Shown here in pieces: positions 54,289 through 63,656 of a DNA stretch of 64,000 nt. Under the pieces are notes generated by a model. The model did not search any database and was not told the origin of the DNA. It saw only the letters and a program-made list of their open reading frames with translations. The stretch is taken from the NCBI GenBank assembly GCA_963736005.1, contig CAVTNB010000001.1, positions 1,760,001-1,824,000 on the forward strand, written 5' to 3'. The position numbers and the translations under genes are program-made. Position 1 is the first letter of the stretch. Each line of letters begins with the position of its first letter. The DNA comes from an uncultured Pseudomonadota bacterium (lineage in GTDB: Bacteria > Vulcanimicrobiota > Vulcanimicrobiia > Eremiobacterales > Eremiobacteraceae).

Positions 54289-55472
54289 ACTGCTGCCAGA
54301 CCGCGGTCGAGATCGGCGATGATGTCGGCTGCGTCTTCGAGGCCCAGCGAAAGTCGCAAGAAACCATCATGGATGCCCAGCGCTTCTCTCGCCTGCGGTG
54401 TGAGCGAGCGGTGAGATGACGTGGCGGGATGCGAAAGCGTGGTCTGCGCCCCGCCAAAGGACAAGACGAGCTTGACGTCCGTCAGGCTTGCCAAGAGCCG
54501 GTTTACCGCCGCACGCTCGGGAGCAACTTCAAAGGAGAGCATCGCACCAAACCCCTGGCTCAGGGTTTGAGCGGCCGCCGAGGAGGCACGTGCGTCTCCG
54601 ATGGCTGGATAGTGGGTCGCTCGTACTTTGGGATGCTGGGCAAGCCAGCGCGCGACTTCAAGCGCGTTGTGGCTCGAGCGGGCCATGCGGACGTCGAGGG
54701 TCGCGATGGAACGGACGGCAAGCCAGGTTTCAAACACAGAGGCAACGAGGCCCGCGCGCGAGGCGAGGGTGCGCATTGGGTCGATGAGCGAATGTGACCC
54801 AGCGATACATCCCAAGATGATGTCATAGTGGCCACCGAGAAATTTCGTGACGCTCTCGATGACCAAATCGGCTCCGAGTTCGAGCGGCCGGCAGTGATAC
54901 GGAGACGCCAGGCTGTTATCCACCAGCAGAAGGGCACCGCGATCGTGAACGGCGTGCGCGAGTGAAGCAATCGGTGCAACCCGAATGCGCGGGTTCGAAA
55001 TCGATTCAACGATCATCACAGAGGTCGGTAGGCTTAAGCTCTCCTCGACGGCGCGCTCATCTGCGATGTCAACGAGCTGGGTCTGCACGCCGAATTTTGC
55101 CAAGTCTCTCAAGAGTGAGGTCGTGTTGCCGTAGAGGTCGTGCGCCGCGACGATGCGAGATCCGGAACTGGCCAACTGCAAAAGCGCGGTGGTGAAGGCC
55201 GACATTCCCGCAGCCGTCGCAAGGGCCGTTTCGGCGCCGTGCAGCGACGCGACCAGCGCTTCCAAAGCCTCGTGATTTGGCACGCCGGAACCGCCGTACA
55301 CGGCCCCTGGCTCGCGCCCTTCGTAGACCGAGTCAACTTCGTCGAGCGAGCGAAATGCCCAGCCCGCCGACTGAAAAATTGGCAGCACGGCGGGCTCGTT
55401 GACGGGCGCGCGTGCACGCGCGTCAAGGACAGTGCGTGTGGCAAAAGACTTTGCGGTCATCGCGGTCTCCAT
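54285..55472 (-). CDS. Cys/Met metabolism PLP-dependent enzyme (trans-sulfuration family)
   Basis: PIFQS, GMSA, ESISNP, VDNS, SVTKFLGGH, LRLSLGLED. Confidence 0.92.
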   Translation of the reverse strand: METAMTAKSFATRTVLDARARAPVNEPAVLPIFQSAGWAFRSLDEVDSVYEGREPGAVYGGSGVPNHEALEALVASLHGAETALATAAGMSAFTTALLQLASSGSRIVAAHDLYGNTTSLLRDLAKFGVQTQLVDIADERAVEESLSLPTSVMIVESISNPRIRVAPIASLAHAVHDRGALLLVDNSLASPYHCRPLELGADLVIESVTKFLGGHYDIILGCIAGSHSLIDPMRTLASRAGLVASVFETWLAVRSIATLDVRMARSSHNALEVARWLAQHPKVRATHYPAIGDARASSAAAQTLSQGFGAMLSFEVAPERAAVNRLLASLTDVKLVLSFGGAQTTLSHPATSSHRSLTPQAREALGIHDGFLRLSLGLEDAADIIADLDRGLAAV

Positions 55473-55475
55473 TTG

Positions 55476-55500
55476 CGCGCGAAGGAATTCGCACGACTAC
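55476..55500 (-). repeat. GTAG-type REP-like hairpin
   Basis: Minus strand GTAG-T-CGTGCGAA-ttcc-TTCGCGCG (one G.T pair). Confidence 0.55.
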
Positions 55501-55512
55501 ATGTCTCAAGAG

Positions 55513-55550
55513 AAATAAAGAAGGGGTGCTGCTCTTTCGCAACGCCCCCT
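55513..55550 (-). terminator. Probable intrinsic terminator after the Lys-rich micro-ORF
   Basis: GGGGCGTTGC-gaaaga-GCAGCACCCC followed by TTCTTTATTT on the minus strand. Confidence 0.65.
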
Positions 55551-55585
55551 TTGGACATCTGTTCTAACCCGAGAAAAACTCGCGG

Positions 55586-55624
55586 TTATTTCTTTTTGGC
55601 CTTCTTCGCCTTTTTCTTTGCCAC
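55586..55624 (-). CDS. 12-aa lysine-rich peptide MAKKKAKKAKKK
   Basis: GTG start 10 nt after a near-perfect SD (GGAGGTGA), TAA stop, terminator downstream. Confidence 0.6.
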   Translation of the reverse strand: MAKKKAKKAKKK

Positions 55625-55967
55625 GATGTACTGGTCACCTCCCCCCTGGACTTTCGGTGCGCGCGGAGCGTTGCTGTACGCCTCTTGTTGCATGTACCTG
55701 CCGCTGCGGAGCCTCGGCAGTTATCGCGCGGTTCCGAAGGGTGCGGGACTCACGTGCGAGTTCCTCGCGCGGAAGTTCTGTTAAGTAAGCACTTCCCCTC
55801 TGTTCATCGGCAGTCGGGGGAAAAAACTTCAGGCGCAAAGCAGTCGAGAATTTTCTCGAAGCGAGCGTCATGTGCTCCGCAGCATGCAAATGCGGTGCGA
55901 AGTTGACGACTGCGCGACGCCAAACAAGGGCAGCGGCGCAAGTTTTGACGAAGCAATCACCGACAGC

Positions 55968-57218
55968 ATGAACACAACGCGGCGGGTCGTGGTGACGGGA
56001 ATGGGCGCCGTGACTCCACTCGGCAATTCCGTACCTGAGTTCTGGAAGAATGTGGTGCGTGGGCGTAGTGGGGTCGGTCACATCACCTTATTTGATGCCT
56101 CCAACCTCGCAACGCGCTTTGCGGCGGAGGTGCGCGATTTCGATCCAGCGGCGATCATCGGCAAAAAAGACGCCCGCAAGATGGACCGCTTTGCCCAGTT
56201 CGCCTGGGTTGCCGCACAGGAAGCCGTCGCCGATTCGGGGTTGGAAATTACCGACGCGAACCGCGACTCCATCGGCGTCATCATGGGATCGGGTATCGGC
56301 GGCATCACGACCATCGAGCAGCAAACCAAGGTGATGAACGAACAGGGTCCGGATCGGCTGTCGCCTTTTTTTATTCCGATGCTCATCAGCAATATCGCAC
56401 CGGGTCTCATCTCGATGAAGCTCGGGGTCCGAGGTCCGACCCAAACCGCCGTCTCAGCCTGCGCCTCGTCGAACAACGCGATCGGCGACTCAATGCGGAT
56501 CATTCAACACGGTGAATCAGACGTGATCATCTGCGGCGGTTCTGAGGCCCCCATCACACCGTTAGCCGTCGGCGGATTTTGCGCGATGCGGGCGCTCTCC
56601 ACAAGAAATGACACCCCCGCGTCTGCCAGCCGGCCCTTCGATCGGACGCGCGACGGTTTTGTCATTGGGGAGGGCGGCGGCGCGTTTGTCCTCGAGGAGC
56701 TCAATCATGCGCGCACCCGCGGAGCTCGCATATACGCAGAACTGCTTGGCTACGGTCAATCTTCGGATGCGTATCATATGGTGGCGCCCGATCCGCAGGC
56801 GCGGGGTGTCAAACTTGCGATGATCAGAGCGTTGCGCGACGCGGCTATCGAGCCGACGGATGTGAACTACATCAACGCGCACGCCACGTCGACCGACCTC
56901 GGGGATGCGGCGGAAACACAAGCGGTCCATGCGGTGTTCGGCGAGCACGCGAAGACCATTCCGGTCAGTTCGAACAAATCGATGTTCGGTCACGCTTTGG
57001 GTGCTTCCGGAGCACTGGAGGGCATTTGCACCGTGCTTGCCCTGCACGAGGGCATCGTTCCACCGACCATCAACTACGAATTCGTCGATCCTGCCTGCGA
57101 TCTCGATTGCGTCCCCAATGTGGCGCGACGCGACGAACTCAACATCGCGGTTTCGAACTCATTTGGCTTCGGCGGGCACAACGCCGTCCTCGTGTTCCGC
57201 AGGTTTTCCGAAAACTAG
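55968..57218 (+). CDS. fabF: Beta-ketoacyl-ACP synthase II
   Basis: RRVVVTGMG, SACASS, INAHATST, KSMFGH, NSFGFGGHN. Confidence 0.97.
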   Translation: MNTTRRVVVTGMGAVTPLGNSVPEFWKNVVRGRSGVGHITLFDASNLATRFAAEVRDFDPAAIIGKKDARKMDRFAQFAWVAAQEAVADSGLEITDANRDSIGVIMGSGIGGITTIEQQTKVMNEQGPDRLSPFFIPMLISNIAPGLISMKLGVRGPTQTAVSACASSNNAIGDSMRIIQHGESDVIICGGSEAPITPLAVGGFCAMRALSTRNDTPASASRPFDRTRDGFVIGEGGGAFVLEELNHARTRGARIYAELLGYGQSSDAYHMVAPDPQARGVKLAMIRALRDAAIEPTDVNYINAHATSTDLGDAAETQAVHAVFGEHAKTIPVSSNKSMFGHALGASGALEGICTVLALHEGIVPPTINYEFVDPACDLDCVPNVARRDELNIAVSNSFGFGGHNAVLVFRRFSEN

Positions 57219-57221
57219 CGC

Positions 57222-57917
57222 GTGTCGGAGGGGCTGGCCCGCAAGCGGGCACTGCGTGGCTTGGCGCGCAAGGTCGGTTTGCCCCCAAGCGCCGATCTTG
57301 ACGTGCTCGACATGGCTCTTACGCATGACTCGTACGCATCGGAGCACCCGAGGCAGGCGCACTCGAACGAGCGGCTCGAGTTCCTCGGTGACGCGGTGTT
57401 AGGCGCGGTTGTTGCGGGCGAGCTCTACGCGCGCCACCCGCAGCGTTCCGAAGGCCAACTTTCCCGCATGCGCGCCTCGCTTGTGTCGCGAGCCGCTTTG
57501 GCGCGCTCGGCCGAGGCGCTCGATCTCGGTGCGTTCCTGCTGCTCGGTCGCGGAGAGAGCGCCGCCGGAGGCGCGCACCGGCCCTCGGTGCTTGCCGACG
57601 CGTTTGAAGCGCTGGTGGGGGCGATTTTCCACATCGGCGGCATGCACGCGGCGCAAACGTTTGTAAAACGCTCCCACCTCGCGCACGCGACATCGAGCGA
57701 AACGATCGACCCCAAGACGGCGCTGCAAGAATATGCCCAAGCAAGGTTTAAGAAGGCACCGCACTACGCGGTCACCGCACAAAGTGGGCCGCCCCATGCG
57801 CGGACCTTTACGGTTGCGGTGGACGTTGCCGGTCAAACCTTGGGGACGGGCAGCGGCACCACGAAGAAGCAAGCACAGACCGACGCAGCGCGGGAGGCGT
57901 TAGCCCATCTACCTTAA
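57222..57917 (+). CDS. rnc: Ribonuclease III
   Basis: NERLEFLGDAVL, ADAFEALVGA, DPKTALQE dsRBD. Confidence 0.97.
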   Translation: MSEGLARKRALRGLARKVGLPPSADLDVLDMALTHDSYASEHPRQAHSNERLEFLGDAVLGAVVAGELYARHPQRSEGQLSRMRASLVSRAALARSAEALDLGAFLLLGRGESAAGGAHRPSVLADAFEALVGAIFHIGGMHAAQTFVKRSHLAHATSSETIDPKTALQEYAQARFKKAPHYAVTAQSGPPHARTFTVAVDVAGQTLGTGSGTTKKQAQTDAAREALAHLP

Positions 57918-60900
57918 GAGTATCGATCTCTTTGGTTTCAAGACGTTTGCCGAGCGCACGCGTCTCGAGTTCGCACCCGGCATCGCTGCCATCGTTGGTC
58001 CCAATGGGTCAGGCAAGTCGAATTTCGTGGATGCCGTGCGCTGGGTCCTCGGCGAGCAGAGCGCGCGTCAGTTGCGCGGCGCTCGCATGGACGACGTCAT
58101 CTTTGCGGGCAACGCTTCGCGCCGACCCCTCGGACTCGCCGAGGTGACGCTCACCTTCGACAACTCTGACGGCGCGCTCTCGGCGCCGTTTAGCGAGATT
58201 GCGATTACGCGGCGCGCGTACCGAACGGGCGAGAGCGAATTCTTCATCAATAAGACAGCGGTGCGACTGCGGGATATCACGGACATGCTCCTGGGCACGG
58301 GTCTCGCCGCCGAACTCGCCGCGATCGTGTCTCAAGGCGAGATCGACGCCATTCTCTCCGCCAAGCCGGAAGCGCGGCGTGAACTTTTCGAAGGGGTCGC
58401 CGGCACCGCGCGCTATCGAGCGCGCAAGCGCGAGGCTCAGCGCCGCATCGAGCAGACCGCGGCGAACGCATTGCGTGTGAACGATTTGCTCACCGAACTT
58501 GAAAAACAGCTGCCGGCGATCGAGCAGCAAGTACGACGCGCCAAGCGCTATCAGAAAGTGCAGCAACAGCTCCGCGACCTCGAGATTTTCTCTTACGTTC
58601 ACAAAGCCAAGGAACGCCGTGAGGAGCGCGCGCGAATCAGTCAAGTCCTGGGAGTCGACGAAAAAGAGGCAGCGAAGGAAGCCCGGACCCACGCCGAACT
58701 TGCATCTGCCGTCAATCGCGCGCGCGACGAAGAGTACCAAGCTTCGTTGGCCCTGGACGATCGAAACGCCGCGCACGCGAGGAGCGCTTCGCAGCTCCAG
58801 ACGCATGCATCGGCCCATGCGGCAATGCAAGCCAAAGCAACCGAGCTGACGCGCGCGTCTGAAGCGCTGGAGCGCGAGGCCGACGCCGGCGCGCAAGCCG
58901 TCGCGCAAGCGGATACCCGGCTTTCCAATGCCATAGAAGATTTGCGGCGCAGCCGCGAGCTGCGCGATGAAGCGCTCACGCTCGCAGAATCGGCGGCTGC
59001 GGAGGAAGCAGAGGAGACAGCGCACTGGGAACGCGCTTATGCGGCGCTCCGCGCGGTCGAGGATTCTCGTCTGCGTGCTAGCGCCAAGTCCACCGAAAGC
59101 AATTCTGCGGCTGCTGCTGCCCAAGCAGAGGTCGAACGGTTAGCAGACGCGCTATCGCGCCTCGATGCGGACTTGCAAACAGCGCACGCGGCGTTGGACG
59201 GGTGCGGCGAGCGTTCCAAACGGGCCAACGCGGAGGTTGAAAGACTTGCCGCAGACGCGGGCAAGCTCGACCAAAAACTGCAGACGGTGGCGGCGCAAGC
59301 AAACCGGGCCATAGAAGCAGTGGAACAGCAAAGGGCCGTGCAGCAAGCCGCGCACGCAAGCCTGACGCAAATAAACGCCAAGCTCGACGCGCTAACACAA
59401 TTCGTTGCCGACCTTTCAGGGGCGCCGGCTGGCACTCGCCACCTGCTCGACGCAAAGGCAGCTAGCCGCCTGGCAGGCGTGATTGGAACGGTGGCGAGCC
59501 AAATCACAGTTGACGAGCGCCATGCCACCGCAATCGACGCATTGCTCGGCGCACGAGCGCATGACGTCATCGTGCGCACGCTGGCCGATGCGAAAGCCGC
59601 GATGCTGATCCTCAAAGAAAAACAGGCTGGCCGAGCGACGATCATCGTGCTCGAGGCGTTATCGGACGGGCGATTTTCCAATCGCCCGCTACAGGAGCCA
59701 AAAGCGGCGGGCAAGAGTGGAGATATCGGGCGAGCGTCGGAGCTCGTTCGCTGCGATGCATCCGTCAAGCCCGCCATCGAGCAAATCCTCGGAGACTCCT
59801 TTGTGGTCGCAAACTTGGAGAGCGCGTTTGATTGCGCGAAGGAAGCGCCCCATGCTGCGTTTGCAACCCCCGAGGGAGACGTCATCCACGGCAGTGTCAT
59901 CACAAGCGGCAGTGGAACCGGCGTGATGAGTGCACAGGCCGCGTCCGAAACCCTCGAGTCTGAGCGAGCAATCCAATCGAAGGCGGCGCGCGAGGCGGAT
60001 GCAGCGCTCGATCGAGCGACCCAGACGGCGACCGCGGGCCAAAGTCAGTTCGAACGCATCAAAGCAGATATTGTTGAACTCACCCTGCGCCAACACGATG
60101 CACAAGCGTTGTGCTCTCAATTAGAGCGCGAGCGTGAAGCCCTCGAGCAGCAGCTCTCTGTGCTGCGCACCGGACGCGGCGAAGTCGTCCAGCGGTCAGC
60201 CCAGGTTAAGGAATCCGCCGCTCGCCATCGTGACACGGCCCGAGAACTTGCCGGCCAGCTTCAGACGCTCGAATCGCAGCGCAGTCAAGCGCTGTCGGCA
60301 TCGGACGAACTCTCCAAGCGCCTGGGCGCCGTGCGCGCCAAGCACCGCAGCGCTGCCGCACAGGCCGCCGCCTTGGTCGAACGCGTTGCGCAACTGGGTG
60401 ATGATGTCGAATTGGCCCGCGCGGACATAGAACGCGCCAAAGGGCAGCGCAAAGAGCGCGTCACCTCGCTCGCACGGATGCGAGATGAATTGGAGCAAAG
60501 CCGCGCCGACGTGCAGCGTCTTGCGGCGCTCAAAGCGGACGCTGAACAGGCGGTTGCAGAGGTTGCGCTCCGCTTAGGCGAGCTTCGCGAGCACCGTGAT
60601 GCGGCGTTGCACCGGACGCGCGAACTCGAAGAAACCTACGCGCAAGAAGAGCAGCGCGGGCGCGAGCAGTCGCTTGAATTGGAACGCCAGCGCATCCGCC
60701 TAGCTGAGATCGATGCGGAGCTCGCTCTCCTGCAGCAAACCTTTTCGCAAAATCCGGCTTCGCAGCAGGAGTGCGATGATGTTGCAGCTCGCTACGCTGA
60801 CTTCGAAGGCGACGTTGACGCGCAGGTTCGCCGTTTGCGAGAGGAGATGCTGCGGCTAGGCAATGTCAACCTGAATGCGCTCGAAGACCGGGCGGCGACG

Positions 60901-61473
60901 CTCGAACGCTGCGAGTTCCTCCGAGAACAACTGCGCGACCTTGAGGCAGCTCGCGCGAACATCGTCGCAAGCATCGCTGAGATGGATGCGGAATCACTCC
61001 GCCAGTTCAACGAGACGTTTGCCAAAGTATCCGTCGCTTTCTCGGAGACGTTCACCCGCCTCTTCAATGGCGGGAGTGCGAAGATGTGGGTCTGCGAAGC
61101 AGAGGACCCGACGGAAGCGGGAATCGAGATCTCGGCGCAGCCGCCGGGCAAAAAGATGCAGAATTTGAATCTGCTCTCGGGTGGCGAACGCGCGCTCACC
61201 GCCGTCGCGCTCATCTTTGCGACGCTCCAAGTCAGGCCGAGTCCATTTTACATTTTCGACGAAATCGATGCAGCCCTGGATGAAGCCAACATCGGCCGAT
61301 TCGGCGTGCAGCTTGCCGATCTGGCCGGAAACGGTCGCTCGCAAATCATCATCATCACCCATAACAAGGCGACGATGACGCTGGTCGACCGGATGTATGG
61401 CGTGACGATGAGTGAGCCGGGCATTTCCAATATTCTTTCCCTATCGCTGGAGCGTGCGGGTGCCGCCGGATAA
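57907..61473 (+). CDS. smc: Chromosome segregation protein SMC (apparent ATC start)
   Basis: xYLKSIDLFGFKTF, GPNGSGKSN, hinge, LLSGGE, DEIDAALD. The ORF track start (58027) omits Walker A. Confidence 0.96.
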   Translation: MYLKSIDLFGFKTFAERTRLEFAPGIAAIVGPNGSGKSNFVDAVRWVLGEQSARQLRGARMDDVIFAGNASRRPLGLAEVTLTFDNSDGALSAPFSEIAITRRAYRTGESEFFINKTAVRLRDITDMLLGTGLAAELAAIVSQGEIDAILSAKPEARRELFEGVAGTARYRARKREAQRRIEQTAANALRVNDLLTELEKQLPAIEQQVRRAKRYQKVQQQLRDLEIFSYVHKAKERREERARISQVLGVDEKEAAKEARTHAELASAVNRARDEEYQASLALDDRNAAHARSASQLQTHASAHAAMQAKATELTRASEALEREADAGAQAVAQADTRLSNAIEDLRRSRELRDEALTLAESAAAEEAEETAHWERAYAALRAVEDSRLRASAKSTESNSAAAAAQAEVERLADALSRLDADLQTAHAALDGCGERSKRANAEVERLAADAGKLDQKLQTVAAQANRAIEAVEQQRAVQQAAHASLTQINAKLDALTQFVADLSGAPAGTRHLLDAKAASRLAGVIGTVASQITVDERHATAIDALLGARAHDVIVRTLADAKAAMLILKEKQAGRATIIVLEALSDGRFSNRPLQEPKAAGKSGDIGRASELVRCDASVKPAIEQILGDSFVVANLESAFDCAKEAPHAAFATPEGDVIHGSVITSGSGTGVMSAQAASETLESERAIQSKAAREADAALDRATQTATAGQSQFERIKADIVELTLRQHDAQALCSQLEREREALEQQLSVLRTGRGEVVQRSAQVKESAARHRDTARELAGQLQTLESQRSQALSASDELSKRLGAVRAKHRSAAAQAAALVERVAQLGDDVELARADIERAKGQRKERVTSLARMRDELEQSRADVQRLAALKADAEQAVAEVALRLGELREHRDAALHRTRELEETYAQEEQRGREQSLELERQRIRLAEIDAELALLQQTFSQNPASQQECDDVAARYADFEGDVDAQVRRLREEMLRLGNVNLNALEDRAATLERCEFLREQLRDLEAARANIVASIAEMDAESLRQFNETFAKVSVAFSETFTRLFNGGSAKMWVCEAEDPTEAGIEISAQPPGKKMQNLNLLSGGERALTAVALIFATLQVRPSPFYIFDEIDAALDEANIGRFGVQLADLAGNGRSQIIIITHNKATMTLVDRMYGVTMSEPGISNILSLSLERAGAAG

Positions 61474-63031
61474 ACCCGTTGCCCTCATCTCGCTCACCGA
61501 CAAAGCTGGCCTCAAAGAACTCGCACACGCATTAGACGACGCCGGCTACCGCATCATTGCAAGCTCGGGAACCGCACGGGCGGTGCGAGAGTTGGGGATT
61601 GCTTGTGCCGAGGTCGAGACGCTGACCGATTACCCCGCGCTGCTCGGGGGGCGAGTCAAAACGCTGCATCCAAAAATCTTCGGCGGGATATTAGCGCGGG
61701 TGGAGAACCCCAACGACGCGCAGGATCTCAAACGATACGACCTGCCGCGTATCGGCGTCGTGGCGGTGAACCTCTACCAGTTCGCGCAAGCGACCGCCGA
61801 TCGCGCCGTGGGTGATGCGCAGGCGGTGGAACAGATCGACATCGGCGGAGTAGCGCTGCTTCGCGCCGCGGCCAAGAACTTCGAGTCTGTGACGGTTCTG
61901 GCCGAGCCCGAACTCTACCCGGCATTCATAGCAGCTCTATCGCGCGGCGGTCCCACGCGCGACGAACGTCGTACGTGGGCGGCTCGCGCGTTTGCCGTGG
62001 TCGCGCACTACGACGCGGCGATCGCATCGTACTTCGTGCGCGAAAGACACGATGCAGGTCTCCCCGACGTGCTCAGCCTGAATCTCCCGCTGCAGAGCCC
62101 GTTGCGCTACGGTGAAAACCCATGGTCGCAAGCGGCGTTCTACCACGGCGATAGCAATGGTTTACCGGAACAGCGCGGCGGAAAAACGCTGTCATACAAT
62201 AACTTACTCGATGTCGATTCGTGCTTGCGTCTCATCGCCCCGATTGAGGAGCCGGTCGGCTTTCCGAGGGACGCGCAACCAGTCTCCCCCGTGTCAGCCG
62301 CCATCGTCAAGCACACCGTCCCCTGTGGGCTCGCCGGAGCGCGCAACGCGGCCGAGGCGCTTGGCGCAGCGCTGGGCGCGGATCCCATCTCAGCCTTCGG
62401 CGGCATCGTCGCGGTCAACGCCCGCATCGATCGAGCGAGCGCGCAGATCCTCAAGCCTCGCTTCTTGGAAGTTGTTGCGGCGCCGGCTTTTGACGACGAT
62501 GCTCTCGCACTGCTGGCGAGCAAGAAAAATCTCCGTCTCCTCGTCTTTCATCGGGAACTTCCAGCGCGACTGCGGGCAGGCATGACCCTGCGCTCGGCGT
62601 TAGGTGGGATTTTGGCCGAGCAACCGGACCCCGATGCCCCAAGAGACGAGTGGAAAGTAATGACCGAGCGCCAGCCCGATGCGGGGATGTGGCGAGACAT
62701 GCTGTTCGCGTTCGGCGCGGTGCGTCAGGTGAAGTCAAACGCCGCGGTCGTGGCTCGCAATCAAGTGACGCTTGGTATTTGCGGGGGCCAAACCAACCGG
62801 GTTGCCGCGGTTGAGCTCGCATGCCGGCGGGCCGGTGACGCGGTGCGCGGCGCGGTGCTCGCGACGGACGGATTTTTCCCGTTTGCGGACGGGATAGAGG
62901 CTGCCGCCGCTGCTGGGATCGGTGCCGTGGTTGCGCCGTCGGGATCCATTCGCGACGCAGAGGTCGTGGAAGCTGCGCGGCGAGCGAACATTGTCTTGGC
63001 ATTTGCCTCGCGGCGCTATTTCCTTCATTAG
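61460..63031 (+). CDS. purH: Bifunctional AICAR transformylase/IMP cyclohydrolase
   Basis: ALISLTDK, GRVKTLHP, IDIGG, LRYGENP, SAFGG, VKSNA, DGFFPF. Confidence 0.96.
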   Translation: MPPDKPVALISLTDKAGLKELAHALDDAGYRIIASSGTARAVRELGIACAEVETLTDYPALLGGRVKTLHPKIFGGILARVENPNDAQDLKRYDLPRIGVVAVNLYQFAQATADRAVGDAQAVEQIDIGGVALLRAAAKNFESVTVLAEPELYPAFIAALSRGGPTRDERRTWAARAFAVVAHYDAAIASYFVRERHDAGLPDVLSLNLPLQSPLRYGENPWSQAAFYHGDSNGLPEQRGGKTLSYNNLLDVDSCLRLIAPIEEPVGFPRDAQPVSPVSAAIVKHTVPCGLAGARNAAEALGAALGADPISAFGGIVAVNARIDRASAQILKPRFLEVVAAPAFDDDALALLASKKNLRLLVFHRELPARLRAGMTLRSALGGILAEQPDPDAPRDEWKVMTERQPDAGMWRDMLFAFGAVRQVKSNAAVVARNQVTLGICGGQTNRVAAVELACRRAGDAVRGAVLATDGFFPFADGIEAAAAAGIGAVVAPSGSIRDAEVVEAARRANIVLAFASRRYFLH

Positions 63032-63032
63032 A

Positions 63033-63656
63033 TCATTCGCGCAAGCGGGCCACGACGCTGACTGAAGCATCGCGCAAGCGATACCTCACCTCGCCGTCTC
63101 GGACAACGGACTCGACCTCGCCTGAGACCTGCACGGGAACATTGGCTCTCAGAGAAATGGCTCGCGCGGGTACGACATCAAAGCCGACGTCAATCGAATC
63201 AGCGGCGCAGCACGCCATGACGCGGCGAAACACGGCCGCGCAAACCCCGTCAACTGACGGACGCCACAATCCAGTGACCGTGATGCGCCGCCCGGTGAGA
63301 GCCGCGGGATCGTCATCTAACTTCTCGAGCGCGTCGAAGAGATCGATGCCACGAGACAGAGTGGACGCATGGGTGACGACCACAAGGCTGGGAGCCGGCA
63401 GCGCGGAGGGCAACCCGAAACCAAGCACCGTGCCCACCGCGAACCAACAAGCGAAGAGCGCGCGGTGCCAGGAGCACAGCAGCGCGAAGCTGATGACGAC
63501 CGCTCCTGCACACATGAGCCACGACGGCGCGCTCACGAACGCATGCACAACATGGCGCGCGAGCGTGCACGCGATTGCGCCGTCGAGCACCGCGAGGCCG
63601 GCATAGAGCCGCGGCGCGCGAACGCGAGCAAGCAGGTCGCGGTCAGACCAGGGCAT
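63033..63656 (-). CDS. DUF1980/TIGR03943-like membrane protein
   Basis: TM N-terminus, GRRITVTG, RRVMACCAAD; follows a permease gene. Confidence 0.7.
   Translation of the reverse strand: MPWSDRDLLARVRAPRLYAGLAVLDGAIACTLARHVVHAFVSAPSWLMCAGAVVISFALLCSWHRALFACWFAVGTVLGFGLPSALPAPSLVVVTHASTLSRGIDLFDALEKLDDDPAALTGRRITVTGLWRPSVDGVCAAVFRRVMACCAADSIDVGFDVVPARAISLRANVPVQVSGEVESVVRDGEVRYRLRDASVSVVARLRE

Noticed and set aside
55565..55588. TAAC...GTTA as a fourth CGNR operator
   Set aside because: The spacer is 16 bp, not 19, and the sequence is explained by an RNA hairpin after the peptide stop.
55635..56081. 148-aa minus-strand ORF upstream of the Lys-rich peptide
   Set aside because: It overlaps fabF antisense and has no motif; more likely leader or promoter DNA.
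58009..59124. 371-aa antisense ORF, and many similar shadow ORFs across the window
   Set aside because: They lie opposite well-supported genes in high-GC sequence and have no motifs.
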